From a virus (Duplodnaviria > Caudoviricetes): a DNA stretch of 58,221 nucleotides. The translations under genes were made by a program, and so were the position numbers. Positions 8,891 to 20,600 of this stretch are shown in pieces; positions within the stretch are counted from its first letter, which is position 1; every line of letters begins with the position of its first letter. The notes beneath the pieces were generated by a model that saw only the letters and a program-made list of their open reading frames with translations, was not told where the DNA came from and searched no databases. The stretch spans positions 1 through 58,221 of the IMG/VR virus record IMGVR_UViG_3300048591_001185; one strand, written 5' to 3'.

Positions 8891-11800
8891 TGGTGGTGGT
8901 GGTAAATATCTTGAGACACTTTGGATAGGAATAAAGGCTGACTATACATCTTTACAAGCTGGCCTGAAAATGTCACAGAATCAAATTCAAAGTTTTGTTG
9001 GTCATATAGCTACATCATCAGCACAATTAAAGAAATTTGGTACAACAACAACCATGGTTTCAGCAGCAGTGGCTGCAATGGGTGTAATGGTAAATCAGGT
9101 GTTTGCTAAATTTGAACAAAGTATGGCTAATACATTATCTGTATTAGGTGGCACAGAAAAGGAAATGGAACAATTAGATGCCACTGCAAGAAAAATGGGT
9201 GAAACAACTATATTCTCAGCATCTCAAGCAGCTGATGCTATGTACTATTTGGCTTCAGCAGGATATAATGTGAATCAAGTAATGGGTGCTTTGAAAGGCA
9301 CTCTTGATTTAGCAGCAGCAACTCAATATGACCTTGCAGAAACAACCAGAATTGTAGTATCATCATTAAATGCTTATGGACTTGAAGCAAGTGAAGCAGG
9401 TAGAGTTAGCAATCTTTATTCAGCTATAATTTCAGCATCTCAGGCAACAATGGAAAGACTTGGTGACTCAATGAAATATGTAGCACCAATAGCAGCTCAA
9501 TTAGGAATATCAATTGAACAAACTTCAGCAGCACTTGGATTGATGTATAATGCAGGACTTGAAGCAAGTCAAGCAGGTACTTATTTAAGAGCAGGTTTGA
9601 TAAGACTTCAATCACCAACTAAAGGGGCAATGCAAGCTATAAAAGAACTTGGATTAAGCTATGATGATATAAATCCACAAATGCATAATCTTGTTGAGAT
9701 AATGGATGCTTTTGAAAAAGCTGGTGCTGGAATGATAGATAAGGGTGATGAATTATCAGAGATATTTGATACCAGAGCAGTTGGTGGATGGCAGATTCTT
9801 ATAAATTCTGGTGCTGAAGCATTGACTAAACTTGAAGAAAAAATTACAGGTACTAATAAATCTGCTGAGATGGCAGCAACCCAAATAAATACTTTTTCAG
9901 GTTCAATGAAATTATTAAAATCTGTAATGCAAGAAGCTGCTATTCAAATTGGTAAAACTCTACAACCTATATTAAGAGGTTTAGTGGATTGGCTGAAAGA
10001 TGCTTTTGCCTTGTTTAACATCATGCCTAAAGGAATAAAAACTGTTACAGTAACTATTATTGCATTAGCTGCAGGATTGGGGCTTATAGTTGGCCCAGTG
10101 GCCATATTATTAGCACAATTGCCAACACTAATTGCAATGTTTTCTACACTTGGTGTATCGATGAGTGTGGCTTTAGGATGGGTTGGTGCAATAAGCATAG
10201 CAATTATTGCATTAACAGCAGCCATAGGTGGTTATGTTAGAAGTCAAACAGAGTTAAACACTGCTGTAAAACAAGTTACTGACCAAACTAAAAAAGAACA
10301 AATTGAATTTGACTTGCTTGCTCGAAGGTATCTTGAATTAAAAGGTATTGTAAATAAAACAACAACTGAAAAAGAATTATACCTAAAGACCATAAAAGAT
10401 TTGATTGAAAAATATCCAAATTATTTCAAGAATATGGATTTGGAAAAAATAAAATTTGAAGATGCAAAAATTGCAATTGATGGTGCAAGTGCATCATTAA
10501 GAGAATATTTGAATCTAAAAATAGCTCAATCAATTCTTGAAGAAGAAAATGCCAAATATATTGAAACTGGCAAGAAGATGGCTAATATTCAAGAACAATT
10601 GACTGATGCAACACTTAAATTAAAAGATGCACAAAAACAATGGAATGATGAAACAGCTGATACAGTTGACCTTGGTAATGATATTAAGTTAATGTTACCA
10701 ACTTTGGAAGGTTTTTGGAATGAACTTTCAGGCAATGGTGCAGGAAAGATTGTCGGTGAAGCAGGTGTGCAAGTTGAAAATTTAACATCAAAATTAAAAG
10801 CACTTGAAGCAGAACAAAATGCAATTTATGAAAACATAAAGAAAAAACAAGAAAATGTACAGAAGCAAATGGGTATCACTACATCACCTGTAACAGCTAA
10901 AGAAAATGGTACTGTTATTGATACAGAATGTCCAGATGGTTATCATTGGGATACTGGTAAGAAAATGTGTGTGCCTGATGATAATAAAAAGAAAGTTAGT
11001 GATGAAGAAAAGTCAAGAGTAAACCAACTTGAACAAGAAATAATAAGTATTAAGAAAAGAAGCTTGCAGGCTCAGTTGGATTTATTGGCTGAAAATAAAG
11101 ACAAATCTTTGGAACAAGCTGGATTATATCTATCAGCAAAGCATATACTTGAAAAAGAAGAATTAAAAAATTGGTATGAATTAGAAAAGAAAAAACTTGT
11201 TGATTTGAAAGCCAACAATGAACAAATGAAGATGCTTGATAAATCATATATTGATGAAGTTGACAAATTAGAAAAAAAGCAAATTGAAGAAAGTAAAAAT
11301 GAGACCAAAAAATGGGATGATAATAAAAAAGGTATTTTAGAAAATAGACTGAACTATGAAGCTGACCATTATTCAGATGGACTTGTTAATTTAAAAAAAT
11401 ATTTAGGTGAAAGATTGGCCACTTTGGTTAGTGAAGGTAAAAAGTGGAATGATGAATATTTAAATATATTGAACCAAATGGATGCTGTTGATAAAGAAAT
11501 GGACAGACCAAAAGAAAATAAAATGAAGTATGACCTTGATAACACCAAAAGAAAAGACATACGATCAGGTGGTACAGGATACAGTAAGGAATATGGCATT
11601 CAACTTGAAGCATATCAAAAATTTTTATTAGATAAATTAACAGCATATGAAGTTTTTAGTACTGAATACACCACTATAATGAATGATTTGAATACCACTC
11701 AAGAAGAAATGTATAGAAACCAATTGGAACAAGCCAGATTTTTATTCTTTTCTATACAAAATGCAGCTGATATAGCAACAGCAAGTATAGGTGGTGCATT

Positions 11801-12422
11801 TGACCAGATGTGGAATCAATATATAATGCCCAAATCCAGAGCAGCAAAAAATGAATTAGATGCTATTTGGATGGCATTGAAAGGTAGTTTTATTTCTGTT
11901 ATTGGGGATATGGTAAAAGAATGGATATCAAAAGCAGTGCAACAATTAATTTTTAGTCAAACTATGCAAGCTGCTCAAACTACAGCAGCTATTGCAACAG
12001 GTGCAGCTATGGCTGCAGCTTATGCCCCTGCTGCAATGTTAGCATCAGTAATGTCCTTTGGTGGAGCAGCAGCAGCTGGTGCAGCAGCATTGAGTGCTGC
12101 AATGGTAACAGCTCAAGGATTAGCACAACTACCAAATATTGGTGTACCTGGTGCTGCAACTGGAGCAGTTGTTAAAAAATCAGGCACAATAAAAGTGCAC
12201 CCTGATGAAGTCATTGTACCTGCTAACATTGTAAGAGCTAATAAAAAACAGTATCAAAATGCTGCAGGTCAAGGTAATGGAATGAATGGCTCAAGAAATA
12301 TAAATAATAATGTAAGTTTAGTTCTAAATAATCCTGTGGTTGATGATAATAGATATTGGGATACAGTATTTGAAGAACACATCAATCCAGCAATTGATAG
12401 AATAAAGAAAAGAATGTCATAA
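8877..12422 (+). CDS. Tail tape measure protein (TP901-like core)
   Basis: FEQSMAN..TIFSASQAADAM..LASAG..GDSMKYVAP..AGTYLR; Ala-rich and coiled-coil segments; 1181 aa. Confidence 0.92.
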   Translation: MPIDSGGGGKYLETLWIGIKADYTSLQAGLKMSQNQIQSFVGHIATSSAQLKKFGTTTTMVSAAVAAMGVMVNQVFAKFEQSMANTLSVLGGTEKEMEQLDATARKMGETTIFSASQAADAMYYLASAGYNVNQVMGALKGTLDLAAATQYDLAETTRIVVSSLNAYGLEASEAGRVSNLYSAIISASQATMERLGDSMKYVAPIAAQLGISIEQTSAALGLMYNAGLEASQAGTYLRAGLIRLQSPTKGAMQAIKELGLSYDDINPQMHNLVEIMDAFEKAGAGMIDKGDELSEIFDTRAVGGWQILINSGAEALTKLEEKITGTNKSAEMAATQINTFSGSMKLLKSVMQEAAIQIGKTLQPILRGLVDWLKDAFALFNIMPKGIKTVTVTIIALAAGLGLIVGPVAILLAQLPTLIAMFSTLGVSMSVALGWVGAISIAIIALTAAIGGYVRSQTELNTAVKQVTDQTKKEQIEFDLLARRYLELKGIVNKTTTEKELYLKTIKDLIEKYPNYFKNMDLEKIKFEDAKIAIDGASASLREYLNLKIAQSILEEENAKYIETGKKMANIQEQLTDATLKLKDAQKQWNDETADTVDLGNDIKLMLPTLEGFWNELSGNGAGKIVGEAGVQVENLTSKLKALEAEQNAIYENIKKKQENVQKQMGITTSPVTAKENGTVIDTECPDGYHWDTGKKMCVPDDNKKKVSDEEKSRVNQLEQEIISIKKRSLQAQLDLLAENKDKSLEQAGLYLSAKHILEKEELKNWYELEKKKLVDLKANNEQMKMLDKSYIDEVDKLEKKQIEESKNETKKWDDNKKGILENRLNYEADHYSDGLVNLKKYLGERLATLVSEGKKWNDEYLNILNQMDAVDKEMDRPKENKMKYDLDNTKRKDIRSGGTGYSKEYGIQLEAYQKFLLDKLTAYEVFSTEYTTIMNDLNTTQEEMYRNQLEQARFLFFSIQNAADIATASIGGAFDQMWNQYIMPKSRAAKNELDAIWMALKGSFISVIGDMVKEWISKAVQQLIFSQTMQAAQTTAAIATGAAMAAAYAPAAMLASVMSFGGAAAAGAAALSAAMVTAQGLAQLPNIGVPGAATGAVVKKSGTIKVHPDEVIVPANIVRANKKQYQNAAGQGNGMNGSRNINNNVSLVLNNPVVDDNRYWDTVFEEHINPAIDRIKKRMS

Positions 12423-15400
12423 ATGAAAACAATTAATGCAACATCTCAAGCTATACAAAAATCATCATCAATAAGTTTTATTGATAAAATAATTCTATAT
12501 AAACAATTTGAAGGAATAATAACAGATATTATTTCAGTAACTTCTGTAAAGGTAAATGGAGATGCTACAAGTTTTTTTAGTAATGGTGATAATACTCTGT
12601 GTCCATTGAAAGATTTTGGGACAGAATTGACCATTAATGCTGCACCAACTTATTCAGCCCTTAAGACAACTTTATCATTTAGTTCAAGTTCATTTACTGC
12701 AGATGATTTGGGGAAAACTATATCATTAAAAATTGATATAAGTGGTAAGATGGTAAGGGATGGAATTGATGAAATAAAAAAGGGCATTGAAGGTGGTGAC
12801 TTAACTGAATTTGATAGTGGATATTGTGATGTAACTGTTGATAATTCTGACAAATATTTTTTAGGTGCTGATGGTAATGGATTATTTGATGAAAATTATG
12901 TTTTTTGGTTCAAATATAATACAAGATTCAGAGATAGTTCTGATACAGAATTAATTTATTTTGGTGGATTGGTGGATTTGTCTGATTTTAGTCCAGATTT
13001 TTTTAATAAGACAATAACTATTAGAGCATATGGTCATTCTTATGAATTAAAAAGATATCCAGCTTATAATGTTATAAATGAGAATGAGAAAAATTTATCA
13101 AAAATTAGTGGAATGAATATTATTTCTTTCACTGAATCAGCTGATAGTGAACCTGGTATTAAAAAGATTTATTACAAACCATTTAATAAAACAAAATTAG
13201 ATGGTGTAGAAGTATTAAGAGTGTCTGAAGACACTGATGCTGGTATAAAGGTGCTTGAATTTAGATATCCATATTATTTTAAGTGGAATAATGGAGGGTG
13301 GTATAAGGTTGCTGTTATTGCTGACACTGATGGTAGTAGTGGTGAATTAAAAATGTATGGAATTGGTGGAAGTGGGGATAATGGTTATGCTGTTGTAAAA
13401 TTTGGTGATAGTAATGGGTTGAATGAATATCCTGATGGTGATGCCCAATTATGGGTGGCAATAAAAGTGCAAGCATATATTGGCACCACAGAATTAGGTA
13501 AAGAAGTTTCAAATCAAGGTACACCAACAGTTAGATTTGATGATGGTTTAGAACAATATATTGGTTTACATGTTCAAAGAGTTTTGAAGTATATTAATAC
13601 AACCACTACATATTCAGACATTTCAGATAGTACAAATTCACCTGAAACAGATTTTAGTGATGTTGATATACTTGAAGCTAATAATGATGAAATTATTTTA
13701 GTTAATAATGAAAGATTTTGGGGATTTGAAGTAATATTATCAGATGTTTTTACAGCAAGTGATATTGATATTTATTATAGCACAGGTGGATTGACATGGA
13801 GTGCTGCAATGAATCTTGCTAATAATGGATTGGTGGATAACACAAATGGATTTAAGGTAAGTGAAAAGGTAATATGGACTGAATTGAGTGGTTGGGCTGT
13901 AAATGATATTATAGTTGGAACAACTATTGATTACAAAGGTTACATGATTAAAATTGTAAGGAATACAGCAACAGGAACTTGTTCAACTGGTGAAATAAAA
14001 AAAACAACGAGATTAATAGGACAAAATAATGATTTTCTTGAAGTAAATTTTGACCAGTCTTTATTGCAAATTGAAGATTTGGATGATGAAATTATAATAA
14101 AATATGATGCTGGTAATTGGTCATTTGGGATTTGGTATGATAATTTATCATTACAATATTTATTAGAACAATCCCTTGACCAGTCTCATTATGGTAGTGG
14201 TAAAAGAATATTGAATGATATGAAAATAAATAAAGCTGATTATTCTATTAATATTTGGGGTAAACCACCTAAATATAATTATTTAAAAAATCCAACCACA
14301 TTTGATATAGATTGGACAAATAGCATAGTTTATGTAGGTATTGGGCTGGAAGTTTGGAGTTGTACATTTCAGGGACTTTGGACATATTTAGGAACAGCAG
14401 AATTTTGGGCATCAGCATTACCAGAAGCATCTTATGAAATTAAAAAATTATGGATAACAGCAACTTATATATATGTTTATATAATAAGAGAATACAATCA
14501 GCAAGTACATACTGGAGTGTTAGGGAGATTTAATAAATCAACTGGAGTATTTGAAAGTTTAGTTGGTGCTAATGGTGTATATGGTTGTAGGATATGCCAA
14601 AGAGATGGCACAAGATATTTTGAATCATCAAATTATTATAGGCAATTTGGTCAATTTGGAACATCATTCACTGGTAATACAGGTGAAAATGTTTGCATAC
14701 CTTATAAACAAGATATTTGGGTGTTTGATAATCCAAGTGGTTATGCATTATATCCTGCACCAAATTTAGATGATACTGCTGGTGGTTTTCCTGAATGGTA
14801 TTTTGACAATTATTATGCTGGTGGATTAGATGATAACAGTGGCCCAAAATATAAAAGTAACATGGGCTTTTTTGCATTACATAGTAATTCAGGTTCTGTA
14901 TCAGCAGCAGACAAATCAAAAATTGGATTCAATTGGTCATTTGGTCAACAAGGGTGTGAGATAGTTGATAAAACTAATAACAAACTTTTCTTATTCAAGT
15001 ATAAAGAAGATAGTGATAGTGTAGCAAGAGCTGTGTTAAGTGACCTTGAAACTGATGCATCAGCAAGGGCAATGTATTATAAAGAACCAGACCTACCAAA
15101 TTGTCATTGCTGGGATAGAAGTGGTGATATTTTTTATTTTGGTTTTACATTATGGCATGATGAAGGTGATAATACTGATAGCTATTCTTATATTTCAAGA
15201 TATGAAAAAACAGGTAATAGAGTTGTTAGTGTAAATAAACTAATACATTATAATAATACAGGCACAGTTTACACTGATATCACAGCAGCAGCTAATGCTG
15301 ATGGCAGCATGGCTGCTTACACAGTAACTGAAACAGATGATATGTTTTATATAGGTCATACTGAAAAGTTTAGAAATGTTGGATTTGCTTTTAATGGTAA

Positions 15401-16679
15401 AACTAATAATTATGCTTTTGAATATTGGAATGGTAGTTCTTGGACAGCATTGAGTTTCACCAATGAAACAGATGTGCCTGATGGAATATTAACATTTCAT
15501 ATGCCTTATGATTGGGGCAAAACAACAGTAAATGGTTCAGCAAGTCTTTGGTATATTAGAGTCAGGTGTACAACTTTTAATTCAAGTGATTATCTAAATA
15601 GCATGGGATTGTATGAAGAAGTAATTTGGGACAGTGAGCTGGACAACAGTGGTACATATTCAAGATATATGCCTATATGGATGTGCCTTGATACAACTGA
15701 TAATGTTATACATGGAACTATGTTTAACCGTGACCCATTGGGTGCCAATAATCCTTTTCAATGGGTGTACTTTGTTTATGATTTGAATAATCAGGTTTGT
15801 TATTTTCAGAATGTAGGTAGTAATTATACATTTGATGGTACATATTTAATGAAAGATTTTGTTTATGATGAATTCAATAGCTGTGTACATTTTATGACTG
15901 AAAATATTAGGTATCAAGACAAGGCTGGTTATATGGTAAAAGGGGAATATAACACAGTAACACATGCTATAATATTAACTAAAGAAATAACACCAAGAGA
16001 AACAGAGTGGGGCAGTGAGTCAAATTTAGTTTGTAATTCAGTCAATGGTAATATATTTGGTTTAACAAAAGGTACTGATAAGATTCTTTGGGAATATAGC
16101 AAGTCATTTTACCCAAGAATTGAATTAGCAAGATTTAATGAGTCAGATTCAGTTTATGAAATTCTGAAATATATATCACAAATTATGAATTGCTATTACA
16201 TTATACATTCTGAAAGAAATATTAGATTTTTATTAAGAGAATCATACAATGGAACAATTAATCTTGTTTGGAATACAAACATGATTAATAGCAGATTAAA
16301 ACCAGGATATTGGAAACATAAATATGATTCAATATCAGTTGATTATGCAAATCCATTCAATGATGAATATTCAGGAACAAAGAAAAAAGGATATGCTGGA
16401 TGGAATAGGACACAATTGAAAATAAGCAATCCATTAATACAGAATGCACCATTGGCTGAATATATTTCCGAAGATATGTATGAATTTTTTAATCAATTAA
16501 GAATTGAAATTGATAAGATTGGGGTGGTGCCCTTGATACAGCTTGAATTATTAGACAGGGTAAATGTATTAATTCCTGTTAAGATATTAGAAATTGATTC
16601 AAGTAAATATTTCATTGTATCCAACATTATATTAGATTCAAATAAAAATATGAATATAAAATTGCTGGAAATTAAGTAA
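12423..16679 (+). CDS. Large tail tip/baseplate hub protein
   Basis: 1418 aa, rich in beta strands and aromatics, directly after the tape measure; C-terminal NPLIQN..LELLDRV. Confidence 0.55.
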   Translation: MKTINATSQAIQKSSSISFIDKIILYKQFEGIITDIISVTSVKVNGDATSFFSNGDNTLCPLKDFGTELTINAAPTYSALKTTLSFSSSSFTADDLGKTISLKIDISGKMVRDGIDEIKKGIEGGDLTEFDSGYCDVTVDNSDKYFLGADGNGLFDENYVFWFKYNTRFRDSSDTELIYFGGLVDLSDFSPDFFNKTITIRAYGHSYELKRYPAYNVINENEKNLSKISGMNIISFTESADSEPGIKKIYYKPFNKTKLDGVEVLRVSEDTDAGIKVLEFRYPYYFKWNNGGWYKVAVIADTDGSSGELKMYGIGGSGDNGYAVVKFGDSNGLNEYPDGDAQLWVAIKVQAYIGTTELGKEVSNQGTPTVRFDDGLEQYIGLHVQRVLKYINTTTTYSDISDSTNSPETDFSDVDILEANNDEIILVNNERFWGFEVILSDVFTASDIDIYYSTGGLTWSAAMNLANNGLVDNTNGFKVSEKVIWTELSGWAVNDIIVGTTIDYKGYMIKIVRNTATGTCSTGEIKKTTRLIGQNNDFLEVNFDQSLLQIEDLDDEIIIKYDAGNWSFGIWYDNLSLQYLLEQSLDQSHYGSGKRILNDMKINKADYSINIWGKPPKYNYLKNPTTFDIDWTNSIVYVGIGLEVWSCTFQGLWTYLGTAEFWASALPEASYEIKKLWITATYIYVYIIREYNQQVHTGVLGRFNKSTGVFESLVGANGVYGCRICQRDGTRYFESSNYYRQFGQFGTSFTGNTGENVCIPYKQDIWVFDNPSGYALYPAPNLDDTAGGFPEWYFDNYYAGGLDDNSGPKYKSNMGFFALHSNSGSVSAADKSKIGFNWSFGQQGCEIVDKTNNKLFLFKYKEDSDSVARAVLSDLETDASARAMYYKEPDLPNCHCWDRSGDIFYFGFTLWHDEGDNTDSYSYISRYEKTGNRVVSVNKLIHYNNTGTVYTDITAAANADGSMAAYTVTETDDMFYIGHTEKFRNVGFAFNGKTNNYAFEYWNGSSWTALSFTNETDVPDGILTFHMPYDWGKTTVNGSASLWYIRVRCTTFNSSDYLNSMGLYEEVIWDSELDNSGTYSRYMPIWMCLDTTDNVIHGTMFNRDPLGANNPFQWVYFVYDLNNQVCYFQNVGSNYTFDGTYLMKDFVYDEFNSCVHFMTENIRYQDKAGYMVKGEYNTVTHAIILTKEITPRETEWGSESNLVCNSVNGNIFGLTKGTDKILWEYSKSFYPRIELARFNESDSVYEILKYISQIMNCYYIIHSERNIRFLLRESYNGTINLVWNTNMINSRLKPGYWKHKYDSISVDYANPFNDEYSGTKKKGYAGWNRTQLKISNPLIQNAPLAEYISEDMYEFFNQLRIEIDKIGVVPLIQLELLDRVNVLIPVKILEIDSSKYFIVSNIILDSNKNMNIKLLEIK

Positions 16680-16691
16680 AGGGGAAATTAG

Positions 16692-17600
16692 ATGGCTCAT
16701 GATTGGGATGGATTAGTATTAGGCGGACTTGATAGACCAAGATTATTGCTGTGCAATGAAAACTGGAATGGTAATCCATTTTTTAATGATGGAACAGTTG
16801 GTGATTGGTATTCAACAGGTGTTAATGGAACACTTGAGGCAATTGCTGATGATGATGCATATGGTACCAATGTATTACATTATTATGATTTAACATTAGG
16901 TGCAGTTGGTGATTCAGCAAGACTTATTTACAACACTTTATCAATATCAGGAAATAATAATTATGGTAAAAGTTTTTTGTTTTCAGCAAGAATAAAAACA
17001 GATGTAACTTTTTTGATTAGATTAAGGGGTTCAGCAACTTTATTAGATACCTATATTTCACCAACAGATGGTGAGTATAAAAGATTTTTTATATTTTTGC
17101 CATCAACTACAGATACAGCAGACACAATTACTACATTTTTGTATCCTGGTGACCAGCCAGATGGATTTGATATAAAAATTGATAATATATTTTTCACAGA
17201 AGTGACTCAAGATTTAATTTTCAGACAACCAAATGATAGCAAATTAGTATTTGAAGAAAATTTAATTGGCAGTAATGAGCTATGGTCAGGAAAGGTGCAA
17301 AGATTTGACAGAAAATTTAGACCAATATTCATGGCTGAATGGGAATACATTGGAGCTGGTTGGGAATATTACAGGCAATTAGCTTATCAATCATCATTAA
17401 TATTCTGCATACCACATAAAGAAGTCAATTGGGGTTTTTTAGGAATAATGAATGGAGATTTTGAAAGGCAATATTCCTTTAAAAGATTTTTTGGACACAA
17501 AGGTGGTGTTGAAATAATGGGCACAGAATTTTTATATGAATTACCATACAACCAGAGTGGTGGTGGATTATACATTGATGATGAAGAAATATTAGTTTAA
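16692..17600 (+). CDS. Minor tail protein with a possible carbohydrate-binding insert
   Basis: Tail module position; NPFFNDG..IKIDNIFF resembles CBM ends. Confidence 0.45.
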   Translation: MAHDWDGLVLGGLDRPRLLLCNENWNGNPFFNDGTVGDWYSTGVNGTLEAIADDDAYGTNVLHYYDLTLGAVGDSARLIYNTLSISGNNNYGKSFLFSARIKTDVTFLIRLRGSATLLDTYISPTDGEYKRFFIFLPSTTDTADTITTFLYPGDQPDGFDIKIDNIFFTEVTQDLIFRQPNDSKLVFEENLIGSNELWSGKVQRFDRKFRPIFMAEWEYIGAGWEYYRQLAYQSSLIFCIPHKEVNWGFLGIMNGDFERQYSFKRFFGHKGGVEIMGTEFLYELPYNQSGGGLYIDDEEILV

Positions 17601-17621
17601 TTTTTAAAAAAGGAATAAATT

Positions 17622-20600
17622 ATGGCAACCAGTAAATTTATAAAAATATTAAGAGATATTAATGGTGTCATTCACAGTGGTGCAAAGCTATATGTAGTGC
17701 CACAAGCCAACACCTATCCAACAGGTGCATTGATATTAACTGAATCAGCCAGCAAACCAGGTTACTACAGCAGAGATGCCCTTGCTGATGGTGAATATAA
17801 AATTTATTTGGATAGTGAAGGCACTGGTGTACTTGATGATACTGTGTTGTATGAAGAACATGTTTGGCACGGTGAATTAAGACAAACAACCATTGCAAAT
17901 AGATTTAATAGTTCAGCTGAATTACAAACAGCAGGAATAGCAGATAATGCTGTAACTACAAATAAGATAGTTAATAATAGTATTTCAGATGTTAAAATTA
18001 TTAATGATTCAATAGGAACATTGAAACTTGTTAATGCTGCAGTTACACCAGTTAAAATGGCAGCCCAAACAGCAACAGTAACAAGTTTAACATCACCAGC
18101 ACCAAGTTACATAGGGCAAAAAGGAAGAAGTGCTGGTGGTTTAATGTACACAGCTATTGCCTTAACTGGCACTTGTTGGGAATTAGATTTGGGTGGTGCT
18201 ACACCATTATCAGTAAAAAGTGTTACAGACCATTTTGATAGTGGTGATAGTTATAAGTTAAAGAGCAGTGGAATAAAAGGTGCTGCAATAATAAATTCAA
18301 AACTATTTAGCCAAGCAGTAACTATTGATAAAATATCGTTTGTAAAATATAGCAAAAATCTTTTCAATAAAAGTGATATAACAAGTGGCTATTATGTAAG
18401 TAATGTCAATGGAACAAATACAGCAAACAAATCATATTCAGCTGCCAATACATATATTCCAGTATCTCCAAGTACAGATTATTTTGCTAATAAATTGACA
18501 AGAATGGCTTTTTATGACATTGACCAAGTTTATATTTCTGGATTATACATATCAGCAAGCACTGGTGGGCTAATGGCAACACCAGCCAACTGTTATTATA
18601 TAAGGGTTTCACTATTAACTGTGGATATAGATGATTATCAAGTTGAGGTTGGAGGCTCTGCAACATCTTATGTTGATTATTCTGCAACATTAAATTATGT
18701 TGATTTAACAGATGCACAGCTAAATGCAAAGATTATTGAGGGTTCTTTGCACCCAGTATTTCAAATTGATTTATATGGTGCATCAACCATAAATATGTTT
18801 GATGTTGATAGTATCACAACTGGCTATTATGTTGATTGGACTGATGGTGTGTTAGATGCAAATGTAGGTTTTGATGCGTCTGATTTTATGACAGTAAAGC
18901 CATCAATGGACTATAAGAGCAATTTCACAATAAGACATTATGCTTTTTATGATTTGAATAAAGTATTTATTAGTGGTGCATCATCAAGTGTTACTGATTT
19001 AACAACACCATCAAATGCCTATTATTTAAGGGTGTCCTTTACACCAACATCATCACCAGTTCATTCATTAAAGCAAATAGAAGAAGGCACAACTGTGTCA
19101 ACATTTGAAAAATATGTTAAATCAAGTGTGTTACACGAGAAACAAGTTTTAATAAGACATTTGAACGATGTTTTATATGGGAACACATCTAATAACCTAT
19201 TCAATTATGCAGCCATCACAGAGGGTCATTTTGTTGATTCTGTTCATGGTGATTTAGATGTTAATGCTACTTATGATGCTTCTGACTATGTTAAAGTAAC
19301 ACCTTCAACAGATTATGTTAGTAATTTTTCTATTGTCCATCATGCTTTTTATGATAATGATAAAAAATATATTTCTGGTGCAAATGGGATTGTTACAAAT
19401 ATTACAACACCAGCCAACTGTTATTATATAAGATTTTCAATATTTGCTTCTGAATCACATACTGGAAAACAATATGAATTGGGAACATCAGCAACTATAT
19501 TTGAGAGTTATACAGAAGGGTTTAAATTATCTGATAGACAAGTGAAAAAAAAACATTTAGATTTGTCAATTGCTGCTGACCCAGTTGCTCCAAGAATAAT
19601 TATGCCAGATGAATATGTGGCAGTTGTTGGCACAAAACTGCAAATATTTTACAGAGGTATAATTGAAGCCAAAAATCCAATGAACTATTTTATTCAGATA
19701 GATTGTGCAAAAGGCAAAGATTTTATTAGATACTTTGAATACACTCCAGTGATTGGGGATGTTGGGGATGTTAGTTTCAAGGTTTCATTATTTAATGATA
19801 GTGCTGTTGAAGTAGCTACCAAAACAATAAATATTAAGGTTGTTAGTCAAGTTGGTGATCCAGCATCAACAACAAATATTTTAACAGTTGGTGATAGTTT
19901 TAATAATGGTGCATTAGATTGGGGTTCAGTTTTGGCAAAGCAAGTCTATTCTGGGACTAATTTAATGACCGGACTAACAGCAATATCAAATATTGAATTT
20001 GTGGGTGAACTTGGAACTTCACCAGAACAATATACTGGTTATGGTGGTTGGGAATTTGAAGAGTACAATTCAGAGCCAGATGCAACAACATCTAATGTTT
20101 GGGTTTATTGCACACATGATAAAGATGCAAGTGACCAAGAAAGTATTTGGATAGATTCTAATTCAAAAACATGGCAATTAGAAACCATTGAAACAAATAG
20201 ATTGGAATTTAAGCATTATGGCACAAATGTTTCAGAAGTAATGCCAGCAAGTGGAATACTTACACATTCAAGTGCTGCAACTCATACAACAGATATTACA
20301 TATACATCAACACAAGTAGCAGATTCTAATCCATTTTGGGATTCAGTTGGTGGTGATGTTGATTTTCATAATTGGTTTGCAACAAAATATCCAACAAAAG
20401 AAAGTGGTGGTGAAGTAATAGATGCTTGTTTTATTATGTTGGGATGGAATGGCTTAGTTATGAATGCACCATTAGCAGCAGACCAAGAAACATTCATAGT
20501 CAAAGCAAGAACATTTCTTGATAATTTACACACAGATTACCCAAGTTGTAAAGTTTATATTATGGGTGTGCAAGTGCCATCTGTAAATGGTGGATTAGGT

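Noticed and set aside
18350-19520. Diversity-generating retroelement TR/VR pair in the tail fibre repeats
   Set aside because: The repeats are diverged in-frame protein domains without adenine-specific differences, and there is no reverse transcriptase in the window.
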